A stretch of 64,000 nucleotides of DNA from Laetmonice hystrix (lineage: Eukaryota), in the NCBI GenBank assembly GCA_965235115.1, contig OZ249436.1, forward strand, positions 39,124,001-39,188,000. The letters are read 5' to 3'. How positions within the stretch are numbered: the first letter of the stretch is position 1; every line of letters starts with the position of its first letter. Under the pieces are notes generated by a model. It made no database searches. It was not told where the DNA came from and worked only from the letters and a program-made list of their open reading frames with translations. A program made the position numbers and the translations under genes. This document shows, in pieces, positions 14,901 to 28,200 of the stretch.

Positions 14901-16453
14901 TATATGATGAAGTGTAGTATCGTATTATAATCGGTCAGTGAGTCGCCACTAACCCCAACATCTGGCCAAGACTTGGTGTGGGCAGCAGTCCACAGTGTTT
15001 GCCAGGTCTTCTATAAGTAAACGAAAGAGGACGTTCCGCCTCGCCGGGTCCATGGATTTTAAACCATGTCCATCTATAATTATACCAGGGCCGCGACGTA
15101 CAATGACGCTACGGTACAGCTACGCGGCATTTCTCACAAGCATATAGGCACTTTCCTTTATATATCCGTCAACTGAATGGAAAGGGTGGTGGGGCTACAA
15201 CAGAAGCCGACCCGGACGGTGTCTAATGAATGGGGTAAACCGAAACCTTGTCACATCCTTGAGTCAGTTTTCTTGGAAGGCGATGAAACGCCATTCGATT
15301 TGGTATTGTGGAATTTAAGTCCCGTTTCCCAAAAGCCGAGTAAAACAATGTCGCAAAAAGTAAAGTGGTTTCTGGAGGTAAATGCAAATGATGAAATAGT
15401 TTTAAAAAATACCGTACTATGGTAGGCTACAAATTGCATGGTACTAGAATGGCTCGGATCTCACAGGGAGACGCCGGATTATGTATAATCCGGATTACAA
15501 CGGTTCCTTTATCAGCGACCCACAAATTCTGCGGAACCGCTTTTTGTGACAATCAGAGCAACTGCTTACAGCGATATGGGCGGAAAGATGATGAGACGAC
15601 ATTAAGATAAGCCCCTGACTGTAGGCCTAGTGAAGAGGTCCTACATTGAAAACTTAGGAATGACTCCTCTTGGGTTTTAGACCTACACTCGCAGATGAGG
15701 AACTGAACCTGAAGTGGTTCAAGTCTACCTGTTCGGGTATACTTAGATCAACTGATATGGATACCTAAAAAGGGGGGGGGGCTACGGGACATATAAGGGT
15801 CATGACTTAGGCCTACAGTAGGCCTACGAGCCGCGGATTAACGATGGCGTTAAACCCACATACATGTACCTGTATACGAGAAAGGTTCTGGTTAACCTAC
15901 TTTTGAGATGCTTCGAGCAGCGTTTTGTGAAACAGGTTACAGGCACTCTAAACGTAGGCCTATATAGGGGCCTACCGTTACCAGGTAACCGTATAGGCGC
16001 GCTACCATGCAGGCCCATTCTGAATCAGATCCGCATCCGCTGATAATGTCATTGTGGGTTTCCCACAGACACTGCTGTCAATCCACCCTATCTGATGCAA
16101 AATTAAGACCAAAGTGACTACCCGCCGATAGTGAATAAAAACAAATGCGATTGAATCAGACTAGAACTAATGGTAACGGAGAGCCTATACTTTATAAAGT
16201 GTTGCCAGAAATATCTCGGCTTATTTTCCTACCTTTTATAACTGAAAGGCCTGGGTTGCCGTTTTACCGTCTCGGTAGGCTGTGGGCCATTAACCACGAC
16301 CTCATCTGATTCCGAAACAGAGAAAGCAGGGTTATCGATTCCGACACCATTGCTGACTGCTGACCCTCGCTCCGAGTTACGGTGCTCCGTGCCCGTAAGT
16401 TCAATGTTTTCCGACTTCCCGTCTTGCCCCAAGTCTCCATTCACCTCCGACAT
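218..16453 (-). CDS. ACSBG2: Long-chain-fatty-acid--CoA ligase, bubblegum/ACSBG family (5' 12 exons, ~676 codons; gene continues beyond window start)
   Basis: Minus-strand exons: 16233-16453, 9118-9587, 8269-8430, 7489-7574, 7285-7373, 6841-7042, 6541-6642, 6037-6084, 5043-5210, 4356-4537, 3862-4049, 218-327. All introns GT-AG with compatible phases. Spliced protein contains GILGFNSPEWF, GIYTTNS, AMP-binding IIYT/SGTTGPPKG..LSHDN, SYLPLSHIAAQ, VPRVWEK, SGAAP, YGMSE. Family call firm; ACSBG1 vs ACSBG2 orthology not resolvable. Confidence 0.93.
680..2820 (-). mobile_element. 5'-truncated, degenerate CR1/L2-like non-LTR retrotransposon (RT C-terminal half) in ACSBG intron 11
   Basis: Minus-strand translation gives IDLKKAFDCVDH, GVPQGSILGP.FFLLYVND, YCDDT, N.KKTK, YKYLGV.LD, LQRAQNKCLKI; frameshift near 2270-2300, in-frame stops; split by an insertion at 1377-1983. 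3' end near 680 is approximate. Confidence 0.85.
1377..1983. mobile_element. Non-autonomous DNA element with 9-bp TSD, TAGCC...GGCTA ends and subterminal hairpins (AcademH-like candidate)
   Basis: TSD tagtttagc at 1368-1376 and 1984-1992; removal rejoins the LINE frame. Hairpins gtaagccttgt..acaaggcttac and ttcggctctgt..acagagccgaa near the ends. Superfamily assignment is tentative. Confidence 0.75.
2837..3308. mobile_element. Hairpin-bearing non-autonomous element (Crypton-like candidate)
   Basis: 15-bp inverted repeat tttatcacagttcca (2837-2851) / tggaactgtgataaa (3137-3151) and a ~140-bp near-perfect palindrome at 3155-3295 centred on gggcttcgccc. Confidence 0.55.
4641..5015. mobile_element. 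PIF/Harbinger-like MITE
   Basis: TAA on both sides (4638-4640, 5016-5018); TIR ggggtggttcaacattttca / tgaaaatgttgaataacccc. Confidence 0.75.
5745..6020. repeat. Compound (GA)n/(CA)n/(GAGACA)n microsatellite
   Basis: Direct reading of the sequence. Confidence 0.95.
6133..6411. repeat. Minisatellite, ~71-bp unit x4
   Basis: Unit gagaactggaatcctggtagacccggtatacctagatagtctacccgccccctcacagctaccggttaaat at ~6133, 6202, 6273, 6344. Confidence 0.92.
8583..8938. mobile_element. TTAA-flanked MITE (Kolobok-like) with ~80-bp TIRs
   Basis: TTAA at 8579-8582 and 8939-8942; cacggcaaataaggtttcgcagaccaaatggaacaccagcatttacctcagggcaataaatg is mirrored at ~8860-8925. Confidence 0.75.
10732..10968. mobile_element. 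Tc1/mariner-like MITE
   Basis: TA|cagtgatctggaaaaa ... tttttccagatcactg|TA. Confidence 0.75.
13371..13437. repeat. 24-bp tandem repeat x3
   Basis: tggggagttctcgctc core repeated three times. Confidence 0.8.
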
Positions 16454-16784
16454 GACGGTGGGTGTGTGCGATACGAGACGTATCGTGACACTGCTCTGAT
16501 GTCAATAGTATGATCCGCAAACGTTTCCAGGTATGACGGAGCTGGTCGATCATTGAGACCTACTCGAGAAAACTGACGCATGGAGCAGTCGACCGCTCAA
16601 TGATGCCGTGAAACGGGCTGCCCACATTGGCTGCAAGAACTGGCGGCAGCAAAGCGCAATGTTGTGCTCGTTCCAGGTGACCTCCCAGTTGCCATCGGCA
16701 GAGCTGCATGAGATATTCATACCTGTACAGGTATGCTGCTACAGGTGCTCTGCGGTGTAGTAGTGTGCCCTGCTCTGCCCTATA

Positions 16785-17489
16785 CAGGGTGTATCCAAAA
16801 AAAAAGTTGGGGTTATTACGCCAAGGTTATGTAGATTGACAATGCACATTACCAATGAAGAAGAACTCTAAGCTTTCCATTGATACCTTTAATGGTTTAT
16901 TGCTGTCAAATATGACCGAGTTGAACATTATTGAATTTGGTAAGTTAAAATTGCAGTTTTGCAAGTTTGGGTAATCAATGCAAGGTAGGATAATCAATGA
17001 AAGTCAGTATGATAAATGGTCACCAAGGTCACCTGAGCTCACACCATGTGATTACTTCCTTTGGGGACATTTGAAGAACGAGGTGTTTGCAACTCCTCCC
17101 CATGATCTTGATGAATTTCAGAGCCGTATTCGAAATGAAAAGATCCGGCTATGACGAGACGAGCAGTGCAGGACATGCTCCGTCGCTGTCAGCTTTGTGT
17201 CGAAAGGGAAGGTGGACATCTTGAAGTTCATTCTGGAAGAAGTTTATCTAGTTTATCATACTGACTTTCGCTGATTTTCTGCCTCGCATTGATTACCCAA
17301 ACTTGTAAAAATGCGATTTGAACATGCCATTTTCAGTAACAATGTAGGCTACTCGGGCATGTGCGATTGCAATGGGTCAATAAAGGTCTCAATGGAAGCC
17401 TGATCGGTAAACCACATGGGTATTGTCAAACTCCATAACCTTGGCATAATAACCCCCTGAATTCGGATTACCTTTTTTTATACACCCTG
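16785..17489 (+). mobile_element. Internally deleted Tc1/mariner transposon with long TIRs and transposase C-terminal remnant
   Basis: TA|cagggtgtat ... atacaccctg|TA; ~230-bp imperfect TIRs; 17017-17225 translates WSPRSPELTPCDYFLWGHLKNEVF ... RRCQLCVEREGGHLE (WPPRSPDLTP.DFFLWG motif). Confidence 0.88.
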
Positions 17490-18374
17490 TATATTAATAC
17501 GGTAAGGATTCCTGCAAAGTCAGGCTATCTCCTCTTCTGCGCCAAAGTGTACGACCCCCCCCCCCCCCCAAATGCCAAAAATGTCTGATACATATCCTCC
17601 CATGTGACATGGGCTATTTTATTTTATTTTTATTGCAATAATCGCTTTCATGTCGTTTTTTTCTCATTTGTACTCTAAAGTAGGGGATTCGGTCGCCATT
17701 TTGTCGGCTGCAGAACGTCAGGTGGTAAACATTCCCATTGGGAGTCAATGAAGCGTGTCCCATACCAGAGTGACCAGTGTCCAGGGTCATTGACCCGCTA
17801 TATTTACACGCGCTGTGCAAAAGCAAATGGGGGTGGACATGAAGTCCGCGTGGCCCGTGAAAATAATCCCATGTACCACTCTCTTTTGCAGTCCTTGCGT
17901 TAAAGTGGTACATGTATTTGTACGTCGTGCGGAATGGCACAAGACGCCTGTCTGACGTATATTTAGAGTGCTAAATAAACATAAATGTATGATCATTTTG
18001 GAGCATTTTCATGTGCTGTTCTACGCAACCGCATTTACCCGCCAGTAGCGGTAGGCCTACCCCTTCATTTAGGGGAACAATGGTAGGTAGTTGGCCTACA
18101 GATTAAAGGACATGATGATATTTTGCACACGCCCCTGTTACATCCGCTACCACCCCGCACCCTGGCCGAGTTGGCCATAAATATAAGAAATATAATAATA
18201 TCATTACAGTTATGTACGAGATAGTAACCTGTGGCTGAGTAGCACTCGGCTGATATCCGAGCGCCAGCAAGACTTGATAATCGGCAGAGTGACACGAAGA
18301 GTCAGATGTTAATATCGGATATATAGGCGTAGAATACGCCAGATGAAGATTCTATCGGACTACATGAATACACT

Positions 18375-18738
18375 GCAACGGCGTAGGAACGTGACAAAAA
18401 GTGGGGTGGGGCACATCTCGGACCCGCAGCACTGCGCGAAATAGTGGTGCCATCGAGCGCTGAAAGGCCTCAGGCGAAAACATGCGAGAGAGGGGGTCTG
18501 GGGATCCTCCCCCAGAAAATATTTTGTCTCGGCATCTGGAGATACAAATTGTGAAGTTTCTCAAAGCATTTATAGGTGAAGTTGAGGTCTGTCACAGAAT
18601 ATAAGCGGATATTAACAAATCTGGGTCTGAAAGTTGGGAGGGGGGGGGGGGCACAAACATGTCTTTGCCCTCCCTACCCTCAAAAGTGGGACGCACATGC
18701 CCCCTTGCACCCCCCCCCCTCCCGTTCCTACGTCAGTG
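18375..18738. mobile_element. Short-TIR non-autonomous element
   Basis: caacggcgtaggaacg ... cgttcctacgtcagtg imperfect TIRs; no clear TSD. Confidence 0.45.
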
Positions 18739-21700
18739 CTCTGCCTGGGATGTAGTTAAAGAATGTTGGTGTGGAGATGGGCGAGGTTTATTATTTTTCA
18801 TAAATTGTAATATCCAATACAGTGCTGCCACCTACGAGCAACAGAAGAAAAGTAATGTTGGGGACACGAAGTGTTGGGGCTTAAAAATAAAAGGTGCATA
18901 CACTGATGTTTGTGACATTTATTGGTACATGTATATATCAGGCAATATGTACATTTACTTGAAATTGATTGATCGAAATTCAAATGTTTCTCGTTCAGTT
19001 TTTTTCACTTAAATTTCACTGTCAATAAATTTCTAGCACTGAACCCATCCCAATATTCTTGACTGAACCCTAATAGATTTGTTGAGCAATGACTATAATG
19101 AGCGTAATCAATTTATTCGTCATGGTGCCTGTTTAAAGGACCAGTGTATTCGTGTCCGCTCACCTATAAGAACCTATTGATATCACACTAAAAATATTAT
19201 TTAGTATGCGGCCTAGTTGTAGAGCTCTGCGTCTATACAATTCATTTTTCGGGAATTGATGTGGCGAAGTATACCTATGTTCACCGATGTACACAACAGC
19301 GCGGACCAACACGGCGTTAAAAGGAATGCCCTCTTTAACGACACAAGCATGCCCAGTGGCGGAAGCATATATAGGCAATCATTCAAGCAAAACGAGGCCA
19401 AATGCATCCCAGTCCAAAGATCCTTTTGTTTGGCCTCTGGGGGATAATGTGGTTTGAGGTTCCACACGGAAGATATCTCTGTGTTTACACAGAGATAGCT
19501 GTACCGATATTTCGGTTGCTAGCCGATATAGGCCTACCGGCTCTGCCTGAATCACAGAAAATCGCCTTTATGGATCAGGCACTTTAATCATATAGCCTAC
19601 ATGTAACCGTGATCCAAGCGATTGTCCTTGAGACGTCGATGCGATTTTGACCTCACCCTTTTAGTTTACTGCGTTTTTGAGATGGCACCAATTTCCAGAC
19701 ACAGGAAACGCCAGCCAGGACGAATTACAGAGTGAAATTCCACCATTGAATAAAAAAATAGCTACCGATATGTCAGCTACTAGCCGATATACCGCCTGTG
19801 TCTGAACACAGCATACATAGCCACAGTCAGTCTGACGGCCAACGCTGACAATTCCTAAAGGCTGTTCAGGTGCGAGCTGGCCGAGTTCATGGGTTTACCA
19901 GTTGACCTGAATATTTTGGTTTGGCTTCACGGACCCTGTTTCTTTTGCCGAAATTCGCATTTCCCTTAACGTACGGCACGTAAGTTGATATAAATTCATC
20001 AAACAGTATTGGCCTCTCGGGCAAGTTAGTATGGTTCAGTGAAATTAGGGGTCGATGGGGATTAAAACACCGTGTATTAATAGCCCTATGTATACCATGC
20101 TCTATTAAATGCGGGTTTACGATTCCTGGAACTCCAAGCGCACTAGGCCAAACGGCCCATCATATGACTTGTCACGCCCCGTTGGCAACCTTGCCCGTCC
20201 CTCGGCCTGTCTTCCGACCGTGCCGCCTACATTAAAAGTCATGTGAAATCAAAGTGCCTGCATGGGGCGTACATAAAGATCGAGGTCAGCAAGAGATGAT
20301 TCAGTCTTCAGGATGGTATTCATTCATTCAGTCTCAAAGTTGGACCCTGAGACATATTAAAGAAGTCTATTGTAGTTTCGTTTTTTTTTTTGGGGGGGGG
20401 GGTTAAAATTCAAAATCTCCCAAGCGTCGCAAAACAAATCATTTTAGTGTTGGCGGCATAGATACACGGGTCAAGTTAATGTCCATAAAAAGAAATTCTG
20501 TTAGGGAAATATAATATTTATACATGTAAATTAGGAGAAAGTTAATCCAAGCTGCAAGAATATCACAAGGAATTAAAATATATACTGGAAACTGAGAAGG
20601 AAAGTCAACTGGAACAAAATGATCCTGTTTTATACAAATGGGGAATGGTCTTTAATTCACTGTGTAATGTACACTATGAAACGCATAGAGTAGAGAATTT
20701 CTTATAACAACAAATTTTCAAGGACACGCTAAACGTTCAACCCACGATCAAGTACTACATATCGGAGTTATCTCTCAAAATAATACTATAATATAGTATT
20801 ATTTTATATTATAGTATTATTTTATATTATATAGTGTATCTAGGCTTGTAGCATCTGTAACCTATAACCACCGAGTACCTGATGTGGCCCAAGTATGGAC
20901 GGTCGCATGCCGACAAAGCCTTAAATTCCTTGAGATGACCGCCTTAGATATTATCCTGTAAACCTGATTTACAACAGTTAAACTCATGAGGGCTGGACGT
21001 GAAGTGCTCCGCATAGCTTGTCAACCGAAGAGCAATGTTTCTAGAGAGTGTAAGCCAATCAGCTTTGAACCCCTGAAATAAGCGGTCCAGTAGGCCTAGG
21101 ATTCATGTAAGGAGAATAGGTTAATGGGTTAAAAGGGGCGGTAGGATTGAGACCCCTTTCAGATACCTGTGACAACAGTTACTGACCACATTGGTTTTCA
21201 TCGATATCTCAAATCAGAATGTATTTGTAATTTCTTTTACTAGATATATGATTGGTGTTGATGAAAGAGATATTTACATAATCCGTCCAATGCTGGGAAG
21301 AATTCGTTTTGAAAGGAAGGATCTTTTATTAATGCATTTCTCAAACACGTGCATCCAAGCAAGACGTCAGCCTGCCCTAGTCTCCTTCATCAGATACCAC
21401 ACCCTGTCCCAGGTGACATGTGTATAGTTCAGTAAAGATGAGCTTCCCTCATGAGCGCGAAAATGTGTCTTTCCAAAGAGGAGAGAATTATAGGGTATGC
21501 TGTATTGGCTCGAGCGGCACGCCCAACGAGTGTTACGCCCAATGAAACTTGTTAAGACAAATCAGGACCGTAGCAAATGGGGTTTACATGATAGGACGCG
21601 GTTTAAAGAAATAACATCTGTGAACTTCACATTTTCCAACCACACCTTGTCGAATCACGCACCTGTGCCTGTGATTCCCGAGGAACGCTTGACAACTGGT

Positions 21701-22203
21701 ACTTGAAAGGGAAACCTAATTTCTCACATCTGCACATGTGATTTGTCGCACACTGTAATTTAACAAGTAAAGTGTGATGTTTGATCAGTTTGCTTAATGG
21801 CTTCGTTTGTACTCCTTCTATACAGGCTGTGTGCCATGAGTTGGCGTTTGGATCGATTCGATTTCACAGTATGATCTGTTGCATTCGCACATAAATACCC
21901 GCATCGGACTTTTCGAGATTCTAAACTGCGGAGGGATCTGCGCAAAGGTTGCTCCTCGTTTCAATGTAAGTGGAACCCTCGAGAAATATTTATTCTAATA
22001 ACAGAACACATTTTAATGTTTCTACTCTTGTTTTATTATAAATAATGGTATGATAGGTATAACACATTGCCAACATTTTTAACTTGGCCGTACAATGGGA
22101 AGGTGTTTATTGCCTGTTGAATTATTGTATAATGTAATTCATCTAAGACATCGTTGACGCCTGACGACCATAGTGGCAAAATCGTGACGGATAAGGAAAT
22201 CAA

Positions 22204-25200
22204 ATGACGCTACGGACCAAACTTGTGCAATTGGCTGTCATTCTAGCATACTTCGTCAGAAGGACATCGTTACAGCCTACAGGTAACAACGGTCAAACAT
22301 TATACACAATAATGATAAACATCCATAGGTGCTTATGTATCTAAAATATCTATTTCTGTAGGACAGCATGTATGTATATTTAAGTGTGTTGGCATTAACA
22401 AGTGTACTTGGAAATGGATAAACCATCAGTTTGTTACACCGACTGTAGATTAAGAAACCTAATATGTCCGCTTCTTTGCAACTAAAGGTGGGACTGACGA
22501 CTTTTGCATCAGAGTGGGCGGTGTGTGTACGGAAGCGAAGTGTTGTCCTCACAGGTACGAGGCAGACGGAATCTGTTTGGGTTACCCTGATCGCACATGT
22601 TGTCTTAACAAGCCAGACTGCCAATGGAAGGACAGAGCTAAAGGTGAAACAAAATCAAACCCTACTTTAGTCGTTCTTTCCAGGACGGAACTTCTCTGTA
22701 AACAAGCCGATCGTAATATTGATATGTTGCGTGTTGAAACTTGCTTGGCATTCTTACGTTACTTCAATGCCTCCTCTGTCTCCTCTGTCACAGAGCTGTC
22801 CTACTGGCTGAAGGGGACGTACGCCATCCCCCAGTCGATACACGGATGTCCTTACTCGGAAAATTTCCGATGGATTCCGACGACGGTTGAGATCAGCACC
22901 AAGGTTGAAGGTCAAGGTAACAAGATGTCGAGTTTGACGTACCAGCAGGGGCCGTTTGACGTCACGAGTATGGTCTTCCACATGTGTGGCGTGGTAGAAG
23001 GATTGAGTAACAATGATCTAACTCAGGCCAGACAACCATGGCCCAAGGGATCATATTGCATCTACAAACTCCAGGATGAATGCCCAGCAGGTAAACGTCC
23101 CTCAGCCTTACGTTTAGTGTCTTTAACAGTGTTTTATCATGTCATAATCCCGACACCACTTTAACTCTTGTGAATGCCTTATCCAAAAACACCGTCAATG
23201 TTGAATATTTCCGAATATCATTTTATTCTGCCCGTTGCGCTCTTTTCTCTGCAATTACAATTTCAGTCTTGCTCGATAAATTCAATCTGTTATTGTAGGT
23301 TTTACGCCCGGCTCCGTGACAGTTGGCAGCTCCGTTTTGAAACTTGCCCAGTGGACAAATCTGAACCCGATGACGTCAGCACCAGACGACAGCGTCTCCA
23401 TTTCGTTTTGCTGTCGTCGGGATGGTGACGCCAAAGATGTAGCGCTGTTTCCGTCGCCTCATCCGTTCACACTTATCAAGGTGTGTGCTTCAAAACAGTA
23501 GCACACCAAGGCAATTTCCTAAATGTCTGAATTACTGAAGTGCTAAGCAGAAACAAGCGTCCCCTTTAAAATACATACTTTAAACCATGTGGTGCGCTTT
23601 AAGCCGGGCTTCCATGTACGTTTCGTAGTCCGATTGTAGGCCTACACATGAAAACGCTACCGTAGAAAATAGGCATAAACGATCGAATCGGAAACAGATA
23701 ACGGAAACGTACCCATGGCAACCCTGCTTTACTCCATCCCGCCGACAAGAAAACAACGTCCCCTGTGCTGTCACATGACACATGGCGTTTCTTTGAGGGA
23801 AGAATAACTGAATTCGCGAATAGAGGTTCGTGCTACAGACGCAGTTTTGCTGCTCATGGTTGACAGACATCCAAGAAATCCCCAAGTACAAAATAGACCA
23901 TTCCATGGTAGCTGCCATTTTGTCCAAATCACATGATCACACTAGGTCAGGTGACCTAGAGCCTGCTCCTGATTGGTTAAGGTCGGCAACATGTCGGTAA
24001 AATAAATGCATTTGCATTCTTTCGTCAAAATCTGACCAACAGTTGGGTAACATGTTACCCAATTTGCCTTGCTCTGTGTACACTGACAACATTTTCGGCA
24101 ACAAGCTACCTGGTCAACATGTTACCGAGAATGTTACCCAAAATGTTGACAGTGTACACTGGGCTTAAAGAAAGAACGGTTATCTTGCATGATTGCCGTA
24201 GGTAGGGCCTAATCTATCATTAATATAGGGAAAACTTTCTTGTAGATGGACGAGCAATGTCAAGCGGTGAAGTATATGGAGGTTATAGAAGAGTTTTACC
24301 AGTTGGCAATCGGTAACGAGTCTGATCCCATGGTGTCATCCAACGGCATGACACCACGTCATCTGCTAAATCAACCCGGATTTCTTAACATGCGTTTTTG
24401 TTTCTACAAAGGTAAACCTAGCATTGCTTTATTAAAGGTGATGGCCCTCTATGCCATTATTCCTCGCGTCATGAATTGCATATATTTGCACCATCCTGGA
24501 CTATATTTATAAAGGACTAATGTTTTTGGTAATTTCTTTAAAATCTGAAATCTGATTCATGGACTTTGACGGTGGAGCCTAGATTATGTGATGATCCATG
24601 TGATTTCTAACTCTGGAAATTGATCTCTTCGGAATTGTCTTTTTAGTAAAAAAATTGTCGCCTCTTTTATTTCATCTTTCCTCCTACCTTTTTCCGACAG
24701 AGCAAATAATAGTCTTATTTTGTATGGATCCTTTTTTTCTACTTTGAAGCTTATGAGGACTGTTACCATGAGATAGACGATGGTCGATCCTATCATGGCT
24801 ACATCAACTTTACTACAAATAGTCCCTGCCGTTACTGGAAGGATATGGGTAGATGGTGGAATGTGCGCTACCATCCTCAACTCCGCGGTACCGTCCGTGA
24901 AAACTACTGTTTTGGTTTCCGGACGCTGGCTTCAAAACCCTACTGCCAGGAAGCAGATCCGATTGCCTCAAGAGGTGTAATAGGGTGTGCAGTTCCTAAG
25001 TGTAAAGGTAACGGATACCAAAGTTTTAATCTTTTGATCCAATCTTTTACTCCTATAGAACCTTTAACTCGTGTGGTCATTCGTTAAGAAATACCTGTTC
25101 TTCCGCACTATGGTATGAGATTGTTCTTACGCACTGTGGTATGAGATTATTCTTACACCCTGTGGTGTAAGATTGTTCTTACACGCTGTGGTATGAGATT

Positions 25201-28200
25201 GTTCTTACGCACTGTGGTATGAGCTTCTTTTTCTGCACTGTGGTTGAGCTTCTTCTTCCATACATAAGCTTGCAGTATGCACAGTGGCTACCATCGTAAC
25301 AAAAGGACCAAATCACGTGTTATTGCAGACCTCCGTTACGAGCCAGGAGTTACGGGAAGGGGGCCTGATCTACCTTCGACACAGATGACAGGCAATTTGT
25401 ATAGCGCCTCCCTCATCACAGATGGCACTATAGGTATGAACTCAACATAATGGTACGATTATTCATACGTAGCTTGAAAGTGAATCCGACCAGATTGCTT
25501 ACATAGGTCTGTTTATTCCAGACACGTGCTGGAGACAGAACGACGTGTTTCGGCCCTGGTGGCAGTTAGACCTTCAAAGAACAGAGGAAGTCGTCGCTGT
25601 TTATAGTGAAGAAACTACCGGTAATTTGACAAAATCGTTACTTTACTACTGGTCTAAGTAATAACGGAAATGCCGGTCCTCTAAATATGGAAACAGATCT
25701 TTACATCAAAAAACAATTTTTAATTGCGAAATAGGAACAAAACTATACGGTTTATCTTCAGGCTCTCAATGTTCATTCAACAATATGACGGTATATGTTG
25801 GCATGGCGCCCGATGACTTCTACAATGACGGAGCCAAGGCGTGCATCCGTTATTATAACGGATACGGAAACACACTCATGATGCCGTGCCAACAGAATGT
25901 CAGGGGGCGCTTCATCACCATACGTCAAGGCACACGTCACCATGCCTTAGATTACTTTGATAGTCATCGATGTCTCGCTCTCTGTGAGATAATAGTCTAT
26001 GTAAAAGGTATGATCATTCTTTATTTTTTTCATATGTTCCGCTTTAGAATCTGAATCTATTGCCTTGATCGATTCTGGGGAGGTTTTTGATTGTAAAGGT
26101 GTATCGGGTATGAATGCAGGACGTATCGATCACCAGAAAAACCACAATGAGTCACGTTGGAATGGGTTAGACTTTGTGTGTTGATGTACTTGTTAGCCGC
26201 CGAGTGTGAACAACCATTTGAATCCGAAGATGTCGAACCTCACTCTCAGATGTCTGCATCCTCCGAGGCCGAGGGAAGCGAGGCCAGCCTCGGTCTGATC
26301 TTCTCTACCTCAGGTTCCTGGTGTGCGGCTTTAGACGATCAGACGCCATACATACAGGTTACCAAATCAAATCACTGTTCATTACCTGCTAGTATTATAG
26401 ATCATGGATCCATTGCATTAATATCGATAGGACGAGATTATTATTTTAGACGATGGGAGATAAGTGTAATGCCACGTATAATTCCAGAAAATAACAAAGC
26501 AGGCCTAAGGCAAAAAAAAAAAAAAAATCCCGGTTTCTGGTCCGCGCGCGCATCACTTCAGATGCCGCGCATCAGTGCTTTTTTTTCTTACCCTCACGTT
26601 GGATGACTGTGAATTGTGCTGCCACCTAGCGGTAAGGCTTAAAACTAACAATTGTTGTAATGGATATTTCATTAACTGACTGCAACAGAAGTGTGTTCGT
26701 ATTCAAAGCGATGACAGCAAAGGTCATGGTCCTTATCTATGAGTTCATTTTACATGGTAATATTTATGAGGCTTACCATCTTAGCCAGCTATCACAACAA
26801 CAACAAAAAATCTTTAAAAAAAACGCGTTACCGCACCACTTTTGAAACTTTCTTCGGACCAGAAACCGGGATTTTTTTGGGGCCTAAATCAGCTCAGTGT
26901 AGACATCTCTTTTGTTATCCAGGTGGATTTTCTTGTGACCCGGTCTGTGCAGGCTGTTTGGACCCAGGGTACATATATAAATCGTGTACTTAGTATGGTT
27001 ACCAGGTTCGTACTCCAGCATGGAGTACGCAACAATCACCTCATAGAATACGGGGAAAATGGAGCGACGAAGGTTAGTAGAAATACATAATAAAAAATAA
27101 CACTTTCATACGTATAAGGAAAGGTTACGAAGTAAATTACAATCTTGTACTTTTGGCCCATTGTTCTTTCAGATTTTTGAAGCTGGATCCGATCCATCAG
27201 TGCCCGTCCGTCATGAACTCACATACGGAATCATCGCTCGTTACCTTCGTATAACGGTTCAAGCTTGGTCTGGTCGTCCCTGTCTGAGACTGAAGGTCTT
27301 CGGGTGTAAAACGGGAAAGGGTATGAATCAAACAGTCATAGTAAGTATAAGATGGTGGCACCATTGGCTCATAGAAGTTGGGGGCCTACTTTGTTTTACT
27401 CTCTGCTTTCAGTGAATATTGCCCAGAACCAGGTGACAATGCCCTCGAGTCCTCGCCTGACGGACGGCTGGCGAGGCACGTGCTGGGCCCCTAGTGTTCA
27501 GGACAAGGCGTCGGTCCGTGTTTCGTTGACACAGTTATTCACCGTCACAGATATTAGGGTGTGGCTGCAGGAAGGACAAGGTAAAATGAGTAAAAAAATT
27601 AGGTGAGGGGAACTCAAAACAACTCATGGCATATAATTGTGAATACGTATTGAATTCCACCTGTAGAGGTAGTCGTAAGCGTATCGCAAACTTTGTGCTC
27701 CAGACATGTCCCAGTTGGTGGTGAGTGTGTGGGTGACCTCAGGTCAGACCACCTCCCCGGATGACCTCAGTCAGTGGACCCTCTGTGCCCGTGGCAGCGT
27801 TTCCCGACCCAACGCCCGAATCCTTGGCCTCCGTTGTGCCGAGGGAGTAGTTGGAAATCTGGTGATGCTCCACTACGACACGGAACACAACGCCAAACTC
27901 TGCGAGGTGGAACTGTTTGGAAGTGTTCCCAAATCAGGCAAGGCATTTACGTAAATGAACCAGAACGAAAACATATTTAAAGCCTCAGTCCCACCAAAGC
28001 CTGGTGGCACGACGGTCTATGCCGTTCTATTTAGATCTGAAATTTATAAGCCGTGATGAATCGAGATGAAATAATGAAAGACCTAGCTACGAGGCAAAAT
28101 AACTTTATGATATATTAAATAGGCCTACTTGCACATTGCCCTTTCTACGATTGGTTCCATGTAGAATATACCCAGTACCAACAAATTGTACCTTTTATTC

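Noticed and set aside
22514..23164. 216-aa ORF as a stand-alone gene
   Set aside because: It is exon 2 + a stop-free 150-nt intron + exon 3; the paralog has an unrelated, longer intron with stops at this position.
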